Source: a virus. From it: DNA of 13,404 bases. This document shows, in pieces, positions 1 to 6,156 of the stretch (within the stretch, counting starts at the first letter, position 1; every line of letters starts with the position of its first letter). The stretch lies in UHGV virus genome UHGV-0358253; one strand, written 5' to 3'. The notes beneath the pieces are model-generated. The model was not told the DNA's origin, did no database searches, and worked only from the letters and a program-made list of their open reading frames with translations. The position numbers and the translations under genes were made by a program.

Positions 1-33
1 GGGATACCAGATCAAGAGCCTGTCCAATGTGCA

Positions 34-69
34 TAAAAAAATCCGGAAACAAGTGAGCGTTTCCGGATT
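34..69 (-). terminator. Rho-independent terminator closing the leftward (cI-side) transcript
   Basis: Perfect 11-bp inverted repeat AATCCGGAAAC / GTTTCCGGATT (40-50, 59-69) with 8-nt loop; the A7 run at 34-40 on the + strand gives a U-run after the stem on the - strand. Confidence 0.7.
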
Positions 70-84
70 CTTACACAGCCACTG

Positions 85-111
85 GATCGGTCAACTGATC
101 CTTAACTGATC
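85..111. promoter_or_regulatory. Cluster of three phased GATC sites with AACTGATC direct repeat
   Basis: GATC at 85-88, 97-100 and 108-111 (12 and 11 bp apart); AACTGATC repeated at 93-100 and 104-111; lies just upstream of the RBS and ATG of ORF 138-398. Confidence 0.35.
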
Positions 112-137
112 GGCATTAATCAACATGGAGAACAGTT

Positions 138-398
138 ATGTTTTCGAACTTTTTCATGGTTTCCTCAGCTGACTTATATGTTCTGCTATATAGCGAGTCT
201 CAGAAGTGTTTTCATATTGAGACTGTTTCCGCAATGATTGATAAAAATGTTCGCATGTACCTTGAGGGGCGAAGCGGCGATTATGTCACCATTGGTATTG
301 GTTCTTCCGTAGAAGAGCTTCGCGAGATAAGGGGCAAACTTGTTGAGATGCGTCATGGTGTTGCTGCTCCTCACTTTTTGGTTGCTCCGGAGGAGTAA
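138..398 (+). CDS. Hypothetical 86-aa protein, convergent with and overlapping the 3' end of the 286-789 gene
   Basis: ORF with GGAG 7 nt upstream of ATG (127-130); no recognisable motif; overlaps the C-terminal tail of the minus-strand HTH gene by 113 nt, so it may be a shadow ORF. Confidence 0.3.
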   Translation: MFSNFFMVSSADLYVLLYSESQKCFHIETVSAMIDKNVRMYLEGRSGDYVTIGIGSSVEELREIRGKLVEMRHGVAAPHFLVAPEE

Positions 399-789
399 CC
401 TCACCAGTTAACAGCCACATCGGATCGCAGCCAAGAATATTTGCCAGTGGGATAAGCATACTGATAGTTGGTTCATACTCTCCGCTCTCCCACTGGATGA
501 TAATTTCTTCATCGAGATCGAGCAGCCTGGCGAGTTCGGCGGTTGTTAAGCCGCAGGCTTCGCGTTGGGTGCGAAGACGGGTGTTGATTGCAGAATTTTT
601 GTTCTGTAAAAGCATTGCTGACGATAGCTTTCTGGATATGCTATTTGTCATATCCCATGCCAGTCCTGCGCATGACTCTATATCGCTAGAGAGCGTAGCA
701 TCAGGTGTTGCTTTTGCTATTAGTGTAATGAGGCTGCCGAGGTTTTTCAGTTCTTCGAGACAGTCAAGAGTTGTAGCTTTATTGATCAT
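286..789 (-). CDS. XRE-family helix-turn-helix protein with unassigned ~65-aa N-terminal domain and low-complexity C-terminal tail
   Basis: 167-aa ORF; central segment LRTQREACGLTTAELARLLDLDEEIIIQWESGEYEPTISMLIPLANILGCDPMWLL fits an XRE/Cro-C1-type HTH; GAGG 9 nt upstream of the ATG; same strand as and downstream of cI, followed by the terminator at 34-69. Confidence 0.65.
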   Translation of the reverse strand: MINKATTLDCLEELKNLGSLITLIAKATPDATLSSDIESCAGLAWDMTNSISRKLSSAMLLQNKNSAINTRLRTQREACGLTTAELARLLDLDEEIIIQWESGEYEPTISMLIPLANILGCDPMWLLTGEVTPPEQPKSEEQQHHDASQQVCPLSREALLRKNQYQW

Positions 790-820
790 GAGATGATACC
801 TCAGTTACGAACTTTGTTTT

Positions 821-873
821 ATGGTAACTAAGGTATCAAGGTGTGGCAAGTGATTTTTGATACTTTGGTTTCT
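821..873 (-). promoter_or_regulatory. pL-like leftward promoter with two operator-like TTGATAC sites between cI and the downstream HTH gene
   Basis: On the - strand TTGCCA (849-844), 17-nt spacer, TACCAT (826-821); TTGATAC-containing sites at 824-839 (- orientation, overlapping the spacer and -10) and 857-873 (upstream of -35) match the repeat family found upstream of cI. Confidence 0.4.
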
Positions 874-892
874 TTTTGTGTTTTGTGTCTGG

Positions 893-1549
893 TCAGAAAA
901 TATCCCACCTGGCATCAACCACAACACCTACTATTTCGCAATCATTGTCCATTTCTATGATTGGATATTGTGGATTAAGGGGCTTTAGAAACGCCTTTCC
1001 CATGTCAGAAATATATTTTTTGAATGTTGCTTCATTGGTAGATTTTTTTCTGGCGATGACGTAACACCCTGAAAAAACTTCTTTATCTGGGTTGACAAGG
1101 ATCGACATTCCTTCAGGAAATGTTATTCCTACGGGCGAAGTCATTGAGTCTCCGTGCACTTCCAGCCAGAACCCCCTCTCACCAGCGTATTTTACAGAAT
1201 GCCTCCAATTATCCTGATCATACATGTTGTAGTCATCACCAGAAGTTGCGAATAATCCTGCCTGAACCCAGTTAATTACAGGGTAAGAGTGTGCTGTGTC
1301 TCTCTGTGGGCAGCTCTTAACATTATTTTCCCAATGCTTATCTTTTTCATCTCCGTTCTGAAGCCACTGCGGTGAACACCGCAGTGCAGCTGCAACTTTA
1401 AAAAGGGTGTCACCGTTGAAACTTTTTGTAAGGCCTTGCTCGGCTTTACTGATTGCAACTCTGGTGATCCCAGCTTTTTTAGCCAACGCATCTTGTGTTA
1501 ACCCAGCTTTTTGCCGTGCGTTGATGAGACGTTCACCTAAAGACTTCAT
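893..1549 (-). CDS. cI: Phage CI-type repressor: N-terminal HTH plus C-terminal S24 (LexA-like) autopeptidase domain
   Basis: C-terminal half is recognisably lambda-cI-like (FWLEVHGDSM with the Ser nucleophile, ATFKKYI...FLKPLNPQYPIIE, YPVINWVQAG hinge); N-terminal HTH resembles P22 C2/434 repressor. Start placed at ATG 1549 with GGAGAAGAAAA SD rather than the ORF-track start at 1624, which lacks an RBS and would run into the operator region. Confidence 0.9.
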   Translation of the reverse strand: MKSLGERLINARQKAGLTQDALAKKAGITRVAISKAEQGLTKSFNGDTLFKVAAALRCSPQWLQNGDEKDKHWENNVKSCPQRDTAHSYPVINWVQAGLFATSGDDYNMYDQDNWRHSVKYAGERGFWLEVHGDSMTSPVGITFPEGMSILVNPDKEVFSGCYVIARKKSTNEATFKKYISDMGKAFLKPLNPQYPIIEMDNDCEIVGVVVDARWDIF

Positions 1550-1558
1550 TTTTCTTCT

Positions 1559-1643
1559 CCTCTCATGGCTGTTGATACTAAAGTAACAGAATTTCTTGAT
1601 ACTTTGGGTTCCTGTGGTTAACATCGTTGAATAACAAAGTATC
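1559..1643. promoter_or_regulatory. Divergent OR-like region: rightward promoter plus three operator-like repeats
   Basis: TTGATA (1596-1601), 17-nt spacer, TAACAT (1619-1624) on +; TTGATAC-family sites at 1572-1589, 1596-1612 and inverted at 1628-1643; CTGTT...AACAG inverted repeat at 1569-1589. Confidence 0.5.
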
Positions 1644-1660
1644 TGGTGTGAGACTAAAGA

Positions 1661-1888
1661 ATGACCCTTTATGAAATATTAAAAATTCAATTTAAAACCA
1701 ATGCCGCTATTGGTCGCAGGTTCCCAAAGAAAGGAAGGCCTCGTGGCAGTCAAGGTGTTGGAAAGTGGAAAACGCGAGGTGTTCCGGAGGATGTTGCCAT
1801 TCTTTGTCATCTGGATCCGAGCATTCCATATACACACCCAAGTCTAGCGAATACAGAAGATGACAAGCCCACAGGAGACCAACAATGA
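1661..1888 (+). CDS. Hypothetical basic 75-aa protein at the Cro position
   Basis: ORF whose stop overlaps the next gene's start (ATGA at 1885-1888); weak RBS; G/P/R/K-rich with no clear HTH, so it may be an untranslated leader instead. Confidence 0.35.
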   Translation: MTLYEILKIQFKTNAAIGRRFPKKGRPRGSQGVGKWKTRGVPEDVAILCHLDPSIPYTHPSLANTEDDKPTGDQQ

Positions 1889-2592
1889 ACACCGCAATTT
1901 TTAACGGCAAAGCATCCATGACCAGCGTTGAGATCGCAGAGCTGGTGGGAAGCCGACCAGATAGTGTTAAGAGAACTATTGAAACACTGGCTAAAAAGGG
2001 AATCATCCAATTTCCACAGACTGTGGAAATTGAGAATAAACAATCACTTGGGCCTCGCCGATTTTCTAGCGCGTATGTATTCGAAGGTGAACGAGGTAAG
2101 CGCGACAGCATCATTGTCGTCGCACAGCTCTGTCCTGAATTCACATCTCGCCTGGTAGATCGCTGGCGCGAACTGGAAGAACAGATCCGTAAGCCAATGA
2201 GCGAAATCGAAATGGTTGCCGCGATGGCTCTTGAAGCCGTTCGCCAACAGAAACGGATCACTCAGGTGGAAGAAAAAGTCAGCCACGTTGCTGAAACAGT
2301 CGAGCAAATTAAAAAGGGCACTATTCGTGAGGGCTATGCCGGATATCGCCAACTGAAAGCAAAAACCGGTTTGTCAGATGATAAATGCCGCAATCTGGTG
2401 AACGCCTATCAAATTCCTACAGACACCCATGAGTTCATGACGCCGGACGGATTGTTGTCACGTCGCGCAATTGTTGCTGTGGAACCGTTTATGGCTGCTT
2501 TTTATCGGGTTATGGAGGAAGCAGAACCGCGAGGGACTCGCTGGTATCACCCGAAAATGGGGTTATTTCAGGTTATTGGTTGGCAGCGGTGA
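1885..2592 (+). CDS. Phage regulatory DNA-binding protein, Rha/ORF6N-like N-terminal domain (antirepressor-like)
   Basis: 235-aa ORF with AGGAGA SD 6 nt upstream; N-terminus MTSVEIAELVGSRPDSVKRTIETL follows the T-S-x-E-I-A-E-L-x-G-x-R-x-D-x-V pattern of Rha-type phage regulators. Confidence 0.8.
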   Translation: MNTAIFNGKASMTSVEIAELVGSRPDSVKRTIETLAKKGIIQFPQTVEIENKQSLGPRRFSSAYVFEGERGKRDSIIVVAQLCPEFTSRLVDRWRELEEQIRKPMSEIEMVAAMALEAVRQQKRITQVEEKVSHVAETVEQIKKGTIREGYAGYRQLKAKTGLSDDKCRNLVNAYQIPTDTHEFMTPDGLLSRRAIVAVEPFMAAFYRVMEEAEPRGTRWYHPKMGLFQVIGWQR

Positions 2593-2615
2593 AAAAAAGC
2601 CGGGAGTAACCCGGC
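2592..2615 (-). terminator. Hairpin immediately after the 1885-2592 stop, terminator-like on the minus strand
   Basis: A7 (2592-2598) then GCCGGG-agtaa-CCCGGC (2599-2615); the U-run follows the stem only on the - strand, while the + strand continues TCACTCAAC. Confidence 0.35.
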
Positions 2616-2780
2616 TCACTCAACATCAATAACGGGGAGCTGTTTCGCATAAAACGGCTCCGAAACATCCAAGAACAGTTCTAAAGATATCAGCAGCTAT
2701 ATGATCATTTCAAGACCAAATATTGATTCTGCAATTTCGGGACGTTACACTGTCTCCGCACCTTATAAAGCGGGTGCCGG

Positions 2781-2986
2781 GATTGGCGTCCTGAAATTCG
2801 CACATGCGCATAACCGCGCTTCAGCGGTTTTTTTGCGCACGTTTCCTCACATCCAAATTATGGTGGGGCGTGCAGGGGCATCGAAAGATGCGCCGGGGTC
2901 ATGTGCGACCGGTTACGCCAACCCTGTACGTCTCACCACCTCTGTGATTGGCGTCCCATGTGGTGAGTTTTCAAAATTCGCACATG
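2781..2986 (+). repeat. Direct repeat GATTGGCGTCC...AAATTCGCACATG in two copies (2781-2806 and 2946-2986), the second with a 17-bp insertion
   Basis: Copy 1 gattggcgtcctgaaattcgcacatg; copy 2 gattggcgtcc-catgtggtgagttttc-aaattcgcacatg, ending 12 nt before the Rha start codon. Confidence 0.6.
2812..2834 (+). terminator. Rho-independent terminator between the two Rha-like genes
   Basis: AACCGC-gcttca-GCGGTT stem-loop followed by a T7 run. Confidence 0.5.
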
Positions 2987-2997
2987 AGGATGTCACT

Positions 2998-3549
2998 ATG
3001 GCAACCACCCCTACCCAAACTCACCCTAAAATTGATGTTATCCATGGGAAGGCTGTTACCTCTTCTTTGGCCGTTGCCGAATATTTCTGCAAGCAGCACA
3101 AAAACGTTATTCAAAAAATCCAGACGCTTGAGTGCTCTGTTGAATTCACTGAGCTGAATTTTCAGCCCAGTGATTACACCGATTGCACAGGCCGCAAACT
3201 ACCTTGCTATCAAATCACCCGCGATGGCTTCGCGTTCCTTGCTATGGGCTTTACTGGCAAACGTGCAGCCCGGTTCAAAGAGGAATACATCAACGCCTTT
3301 AACCAGATGGAGAAGAATTTATCTGGTGCTGACGCGGTTGATATGTCAGCTGTCGCACGAAACGCCAGAGGCGTATACCTGCATTTGCGTGAAATCCATC
3401 AAATCTGGACAAGCCAGCTTTATCCAATGCTTAAGGCCGTTGAATCTCCGCTGGCTAGCAAACTGTACGACCGTGTTGGTGATGCTGTTTTTGGCGCTGC
3501 ACTTGTTGATTCCAGGCTGAATGGTTCTGACAAGGAGGTTCGCCCATGA
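2998..3549 (+). CDS. rha: Phage regulatory protein Rha family
   Basis: AVTSSLAVAEYFCKQHKNVIQKIQTL...ELNFQPSDY...YQITRDGFAFLAMGFTGKRAARFKEEYINAFNQME matches the conserved Rha core; start moved to ATG 2998 (GAGGA SD) because the upstream 2701 extension has no RBS and contains the terminator at 2812-2834. Confidence 0.85.
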   Translation: MATTPTQTHPKIDVIHGKAVTSSLAVAEYFCKQHKNVIQKIQTLECSVEFTELNFQPSDYTDCTGRKLPCYQITRDGFAFLAMGFTGKRAARFKEEYINAFNQMEKNLSGADAVDMSAVARNARGVYLHLREIHQIWTSQLYPMLKAVESPLASKLYDRVGDAVFGAALVDSRLNGSDKEVRP

Positions 3550-3740
3550 TTAGTTACGAAATCATCATCTCCACTACGGAATACAGAAACGATGTATCAG
3601 TTCGCACGGATGTATCTGTCTGGCACCGTCGCTATAAATCCAGAAAAACAGCGGAACTGAAAGCGGCAGAGATGTGTGAAACCATCTCAATGAAAGGTAG
3701 CCCGGTTAAATACGTAACTACGGCGGAGGTGCGTCCATGA
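3546..3740 (+). CDS. Hypothetical small phage protein (64 aa)
   Basis: AAGGAGG SD 7 nt upstream; ATGA overlap with the Rha stop. Confidence 0.55.
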   Translation: MISYEIIISTTEYRNDVSVRTDVSVWHRRYKSRKTAELKAAEMCETISMKGSPVKYVTTAEVRP

Positions 3741-3961
3741 TCCGCCACATCGTTAATTCCCTGTATCACCGATACAACCGTTGCCCCCGTGTGGGGCAGT
3801 GGTTCGCCACCAGCAACGGTCACGTTCTGCGGGTTTGCCTAGTCAACGCTGAAAGCCAGAAAGTCGTGTGCGAACTACAGGGGCGTAGCTACACCATCAG
3901 TTACCCTCTGGCGGTATTTCTGTCTGGAAAAATGTTTAAGCGTCTGGGAGGTGTGGCGTGA
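3737..3961 (+). CDS. Hypothetical small phage protein (74 aa)
   Basis: GGAGG SD; ATGA overlap with the previous stop. Confidence 0.55.
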   Translation: MIRHIVNSLYHRYNRCPRVGQWFATSNGHVLRVCLVNAESQKVVCELQGRSYTISYPLAVFLSGKMFKRLGGVA

Positions 3962-4257
3962 ACTGTTTTCAGTTTGTGTGCGGATGTGCTTTCGATAACC
4001 CGATTCAGCGCCTGATTATGTTGCGTGTTTTGATGTCGGGTTCTTCAGACGGTGAAGGCGAGAGAGTTATTGATCATCAGGTGCTTGCTGATTTCTGCTG
4101 TTGTTCTAAGCAAGCGATATTCAGGGAAACCCTGGCACTGGAAAGAGCTGGTTATCTTCATATCCGAAAAATTGCAACGCTTACTATTGATGCAAAAGCC
4201 AGACTACAACCTGCGCGTGGCTACACAATTCTCATGCCGCGGAAGGAGGTTGTATGA
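3958..4257 (+). CDS. Hypothetical phage protein (99 aa), GTG start
   Basis: GGGAGG SD 6 nt upstream of GTG; GTGA overlap with the previous stop; Cys-rich N-terminus. Confidence 0.55.
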   Translation: MNCFQFVCGCAFDNPIQRLIMLRVLMSGSSDGEGERVIDHQVLADFCCCSKQAIFRETLALERAGYLHIRKIATLTIDAKARLQPARGYTILMPRKEVV

Positions 4258-5246
4258 GCCGTTACGCCCCCACACCGGAAGTTATGGCTATTGGTCAAAT
4301 TAATATTTCCGGCAATGTTACACCTGCGAACTGGTGGAAATATATTCGACTACCCAGTGGGCGTCCGGATGCGACGGCTATCGCTCTGCTTTCAGAGATC
4401 GTTTACTGGTACCGCCCGACAGAGGTCAGGGATGAGCACACCGGAGCGTTGCTGGGATATCGCAAGCGTTTTCAGGGCGACAAACTGCAAAGAAGCTACC
4501 AGGCGTTTGCTGAGCAGTTTGGTTTCGGGAAAAGGGAAACCGCAGATGCGCTGAAGCGTCTGCGCGATGCAGGGTTTATTACTCTGGATTTACGCACGGT
4601 GGAAATGCTCGATGGGGTGAAATGCAGCAATATTTTGTTTGTCGGGATCAACCCACAGGCAATTGCGGCCATCACCACACCTTCTTCTGTTTCGCCAGAA
4701 AGTAACAGCAATAATGCAATCAGCGATACAGCTATTACGTTAAAACGGAACACCCCCCGACGTCATAACGGAACAGGGGATACGCCGAATGTTGATACAA
4801 ATACAGAGATTACTACAGAGATTACAACGGAGACTAAAAACACTATTGATGCGTCCGCTGACGCGTCTGCGCCAGCGCGTTCTGCCCGACAGGAATATTC
4901 ACCGGAATTTGAACAGGCCTGGCAGGAATATCCCAAACGTGCTGGTGGCAATTCCAAGTCAGCAGCCTTCAAAGCCTGGAAAGCCCGTATCAGGGAGGGA
5001 ATAAAACCGGAGACCATGCTTGATGGCGTGAAGCGGTATGCCGCTTGGGTACGTGCTACAGGAAATACCGGCACACAGTTCGTGAAGCAGGCTGCGACGT
5101 TCTTTGGACCCGATCGTCACTTCGAAGATTACTGGCAACAGCCAGCCGCTCACGGAGGTGGGCGACAGCGACAGGTCGATGTCCTGGCTGGCCTGGGAGC
5201 CATGTCTGACAAATTCGGTAAATCCAGTAACAAATTGACATTCTGA
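4254..5246 (+). CDS. Phage replication initiator / replisome organizer (at the lambda O position)
   Basis: 330-aa ORF with AAGGAGG SD; sits directly before the DnaC-like and DnaB-like genes; N-terminal putative DNA-binding domain, Thr/Glu- and Asp/Ala-rich linker, conserved-looking C-terminal domain (EFEQAWQEYPKR...FEDYWQQ). Confidence 0.8.
   Translation: MSRYAPTPEVMAIGQINISGNVTPANWWKYIRLPSGRPDATAIALLSEIVYWYRPTEVRDEHTGALLGYRKRFQGDKLQRSYQAFAEQFGFGKRETADALKRLRDAGFITLDLRTVEMLDGVKCSNILFVGINPQAIAAITTPSSVSPESNSNNAISDTAITLKRNTPRRHNGTGDTPNVDTNTEITTEITTETKNTIDASADASAPARSARQEYSPEFEQAWQEYPKRAGGNSKSAAFKAWKARIREGIKPETMLDGVKRYAAWVRATGNTGTQFVKQAATFFGPDRHFEDYWQQPAAHGGGRQRQVDVLAGLGAMSDKFGKSSNKLTF
4802..4883 (+). 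repeat. Tandem and near-tandem short repeats inside the replication initiator gene (possible origin iterons)
   Basis: Perfect tandem 12-mer TACAGAGATTAC at 4802-4813 and 4814-4825, followed by GCGTCCGC / GCGTCTGC near-repeats around a GACGCGTC palindrome; this is the linker region of the initiator, where lambda carries ori. Confidence 0.3.
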
Positions 5247-5247
5247 G

Positions 5248-6156
5248 GTGACAGCGATGATGACGATTGACCAACGTGAGAAACAAACAAGACTACAGGC
5301 GCGAATGGATGAGTTACGGGCAGAAATGGATGAGTTACGGGCAGAGATTGCATTTGCTCAGAAGGGCGAAAAGCCATGGCCTTATCGTTCCTGCCTGATG
5401 CGTGAAGGTCGCGGATATTGCGAAAAACACGGTAAATATCGTACGCATATACTGGTGTGGATCGATCGTAATGGCGAGGACAGAGAAAAAATTTCATGCT
5501 GCCCTGACTGCTTGATCGCTGAGGCCAGTGATTTGACCATGGAACTGTCGTCCCTCAAGGCGGAAGAACTGACTGATAACGCCGGAATTGCTCTGCGTTT
5601 TCGGGACTGCGAGTTTGATAATTATCTGGAGGTTAATCCTGACGCAGCCAGAAATCTTGCGGCCTGTCGCCGCTATGCGGAGAACTGGCCAGATATGCTG
5701 GAGAACGGTACCAGTCTTGTTATGACCGGCAGTTGCGGTACCGGGAAAAATCATCTGGCGGTATCAATGGCAAAACACATCATCCGTAACTATCTGGCCA
5801 GTGTGGAGATCACCGACGTGATGCGCCTTACCCGGGCTGTGAAAAACTGCTGGCGGAATGACAGTGAAAAAACAGCGGATGACGTCATTGAGCATTATGC
5901 GTCACTGGATTTGCTGATTGTCGACGAAGTCGGCGTTCAGTTTGGCAGTGCGGCTGAAATGGCCATTTTGCAGGAAATTATCAATGCCCGGTATGAGGGT
6001 ATTTTGCCAACTATCCTGATCAGCAACCTTTCACCGGAAGAATTGTGGGCGTTCATCAGTCCCCGGATTGCCGACAGAATCACCGATGGCGGGCGCAACT
6101 GGTTGTCGTTTAACTGGCCCAGCTACCGTTCTCGTATCGGAGGTGTTGCCGCATGA
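5248..6156 (+). CDS. DnaC-family helicase loader (AAA+ ATPase) with N-terminal Cys-rich zinc-ribbon-like segment
   Basis: Walker A GSCGTGKNHLA (DnaC-type GTGKNHLA), Walker B LLIVDEVG; GAGGTGA SD; upstream CxxC/CCPDC cysteines. Confidence 0.9.
   Translation: MTAMMTIDQREKQTRLQARMDELRAEMDELRAEIAFAQKGEKPWPYRSCLMREGRGYCEKHGKYRTHILVWIDRNGEDREKISCCPDCLIAEASDLTMELSSLKAEELTDNAGIALRFRDCEFDNYLEVNPDAARNLAACRRYAENWPDMLENGTSLVMTGSCGTGKNHLAVSMAKHIIRNYLASVEITDVMRLTRAVKNCWRNDSEKTADDVIEHYASLDLLIVDEVGVQFGSAAEMAILQEIINARYEGILPTILISNLSPEELWAFISPRIADRITDGGRNWLSFNWPSYRSRIGGVAA

Noticed and set aside
1-34. Possible minus-strand gene start at the ATG (rc of 32-34) running off the left edge
   Set aside because: It abuts the terminator hairpin, leaving no room for an RBS or promoter; most likely coincidental.
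497-796. Plus-strand ORF 497-796 (99 aa) opposite the HTH gene
   Set aside because: Fully antisense to the HTH-containing frame, no RBS, Ser/Arg-rich; shadow ORF.
1549-1624. ORF-track N-terminal extension of the repressor (start at 1624, 243 aa)
   Set aside because: No RBS at 1624 and the extension would overlap the operator/promoter region; ATG at 1549 has a strong GGAGAAGAAAA SD and gives a lambda-cI-length protein.
1707-2261. Minus-strand ORFs inside rightward genes (1707-2261, 1807-2043, 2044-2352, 5150-5497, 6579-7136, 7378-7869, 10859-11401 and similar)
   Set aside because: They lie antisense within genes that have strong motifs and SDs, lack RBSs of their own, and have biased composition (Pro/Arg/Ser/Cys-rich); shadow ORFs.
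2701-2997. Upstream extension of the Rha gene (start at 2701, 282 aa)
   Set aside because: No SD at 2701; the extension contains an intrinsic terminator (2812-2834) and the duplicated segment; ATG 2998 has a GAGGA SD and the conserved Rha core starts just after it.
4798-4830. CRISPR-like or other array from the tandem 12-mer
   Set aside because: Only two short copies, in frame inside a coding linker (TEITTEIT); not a CRISPR array.
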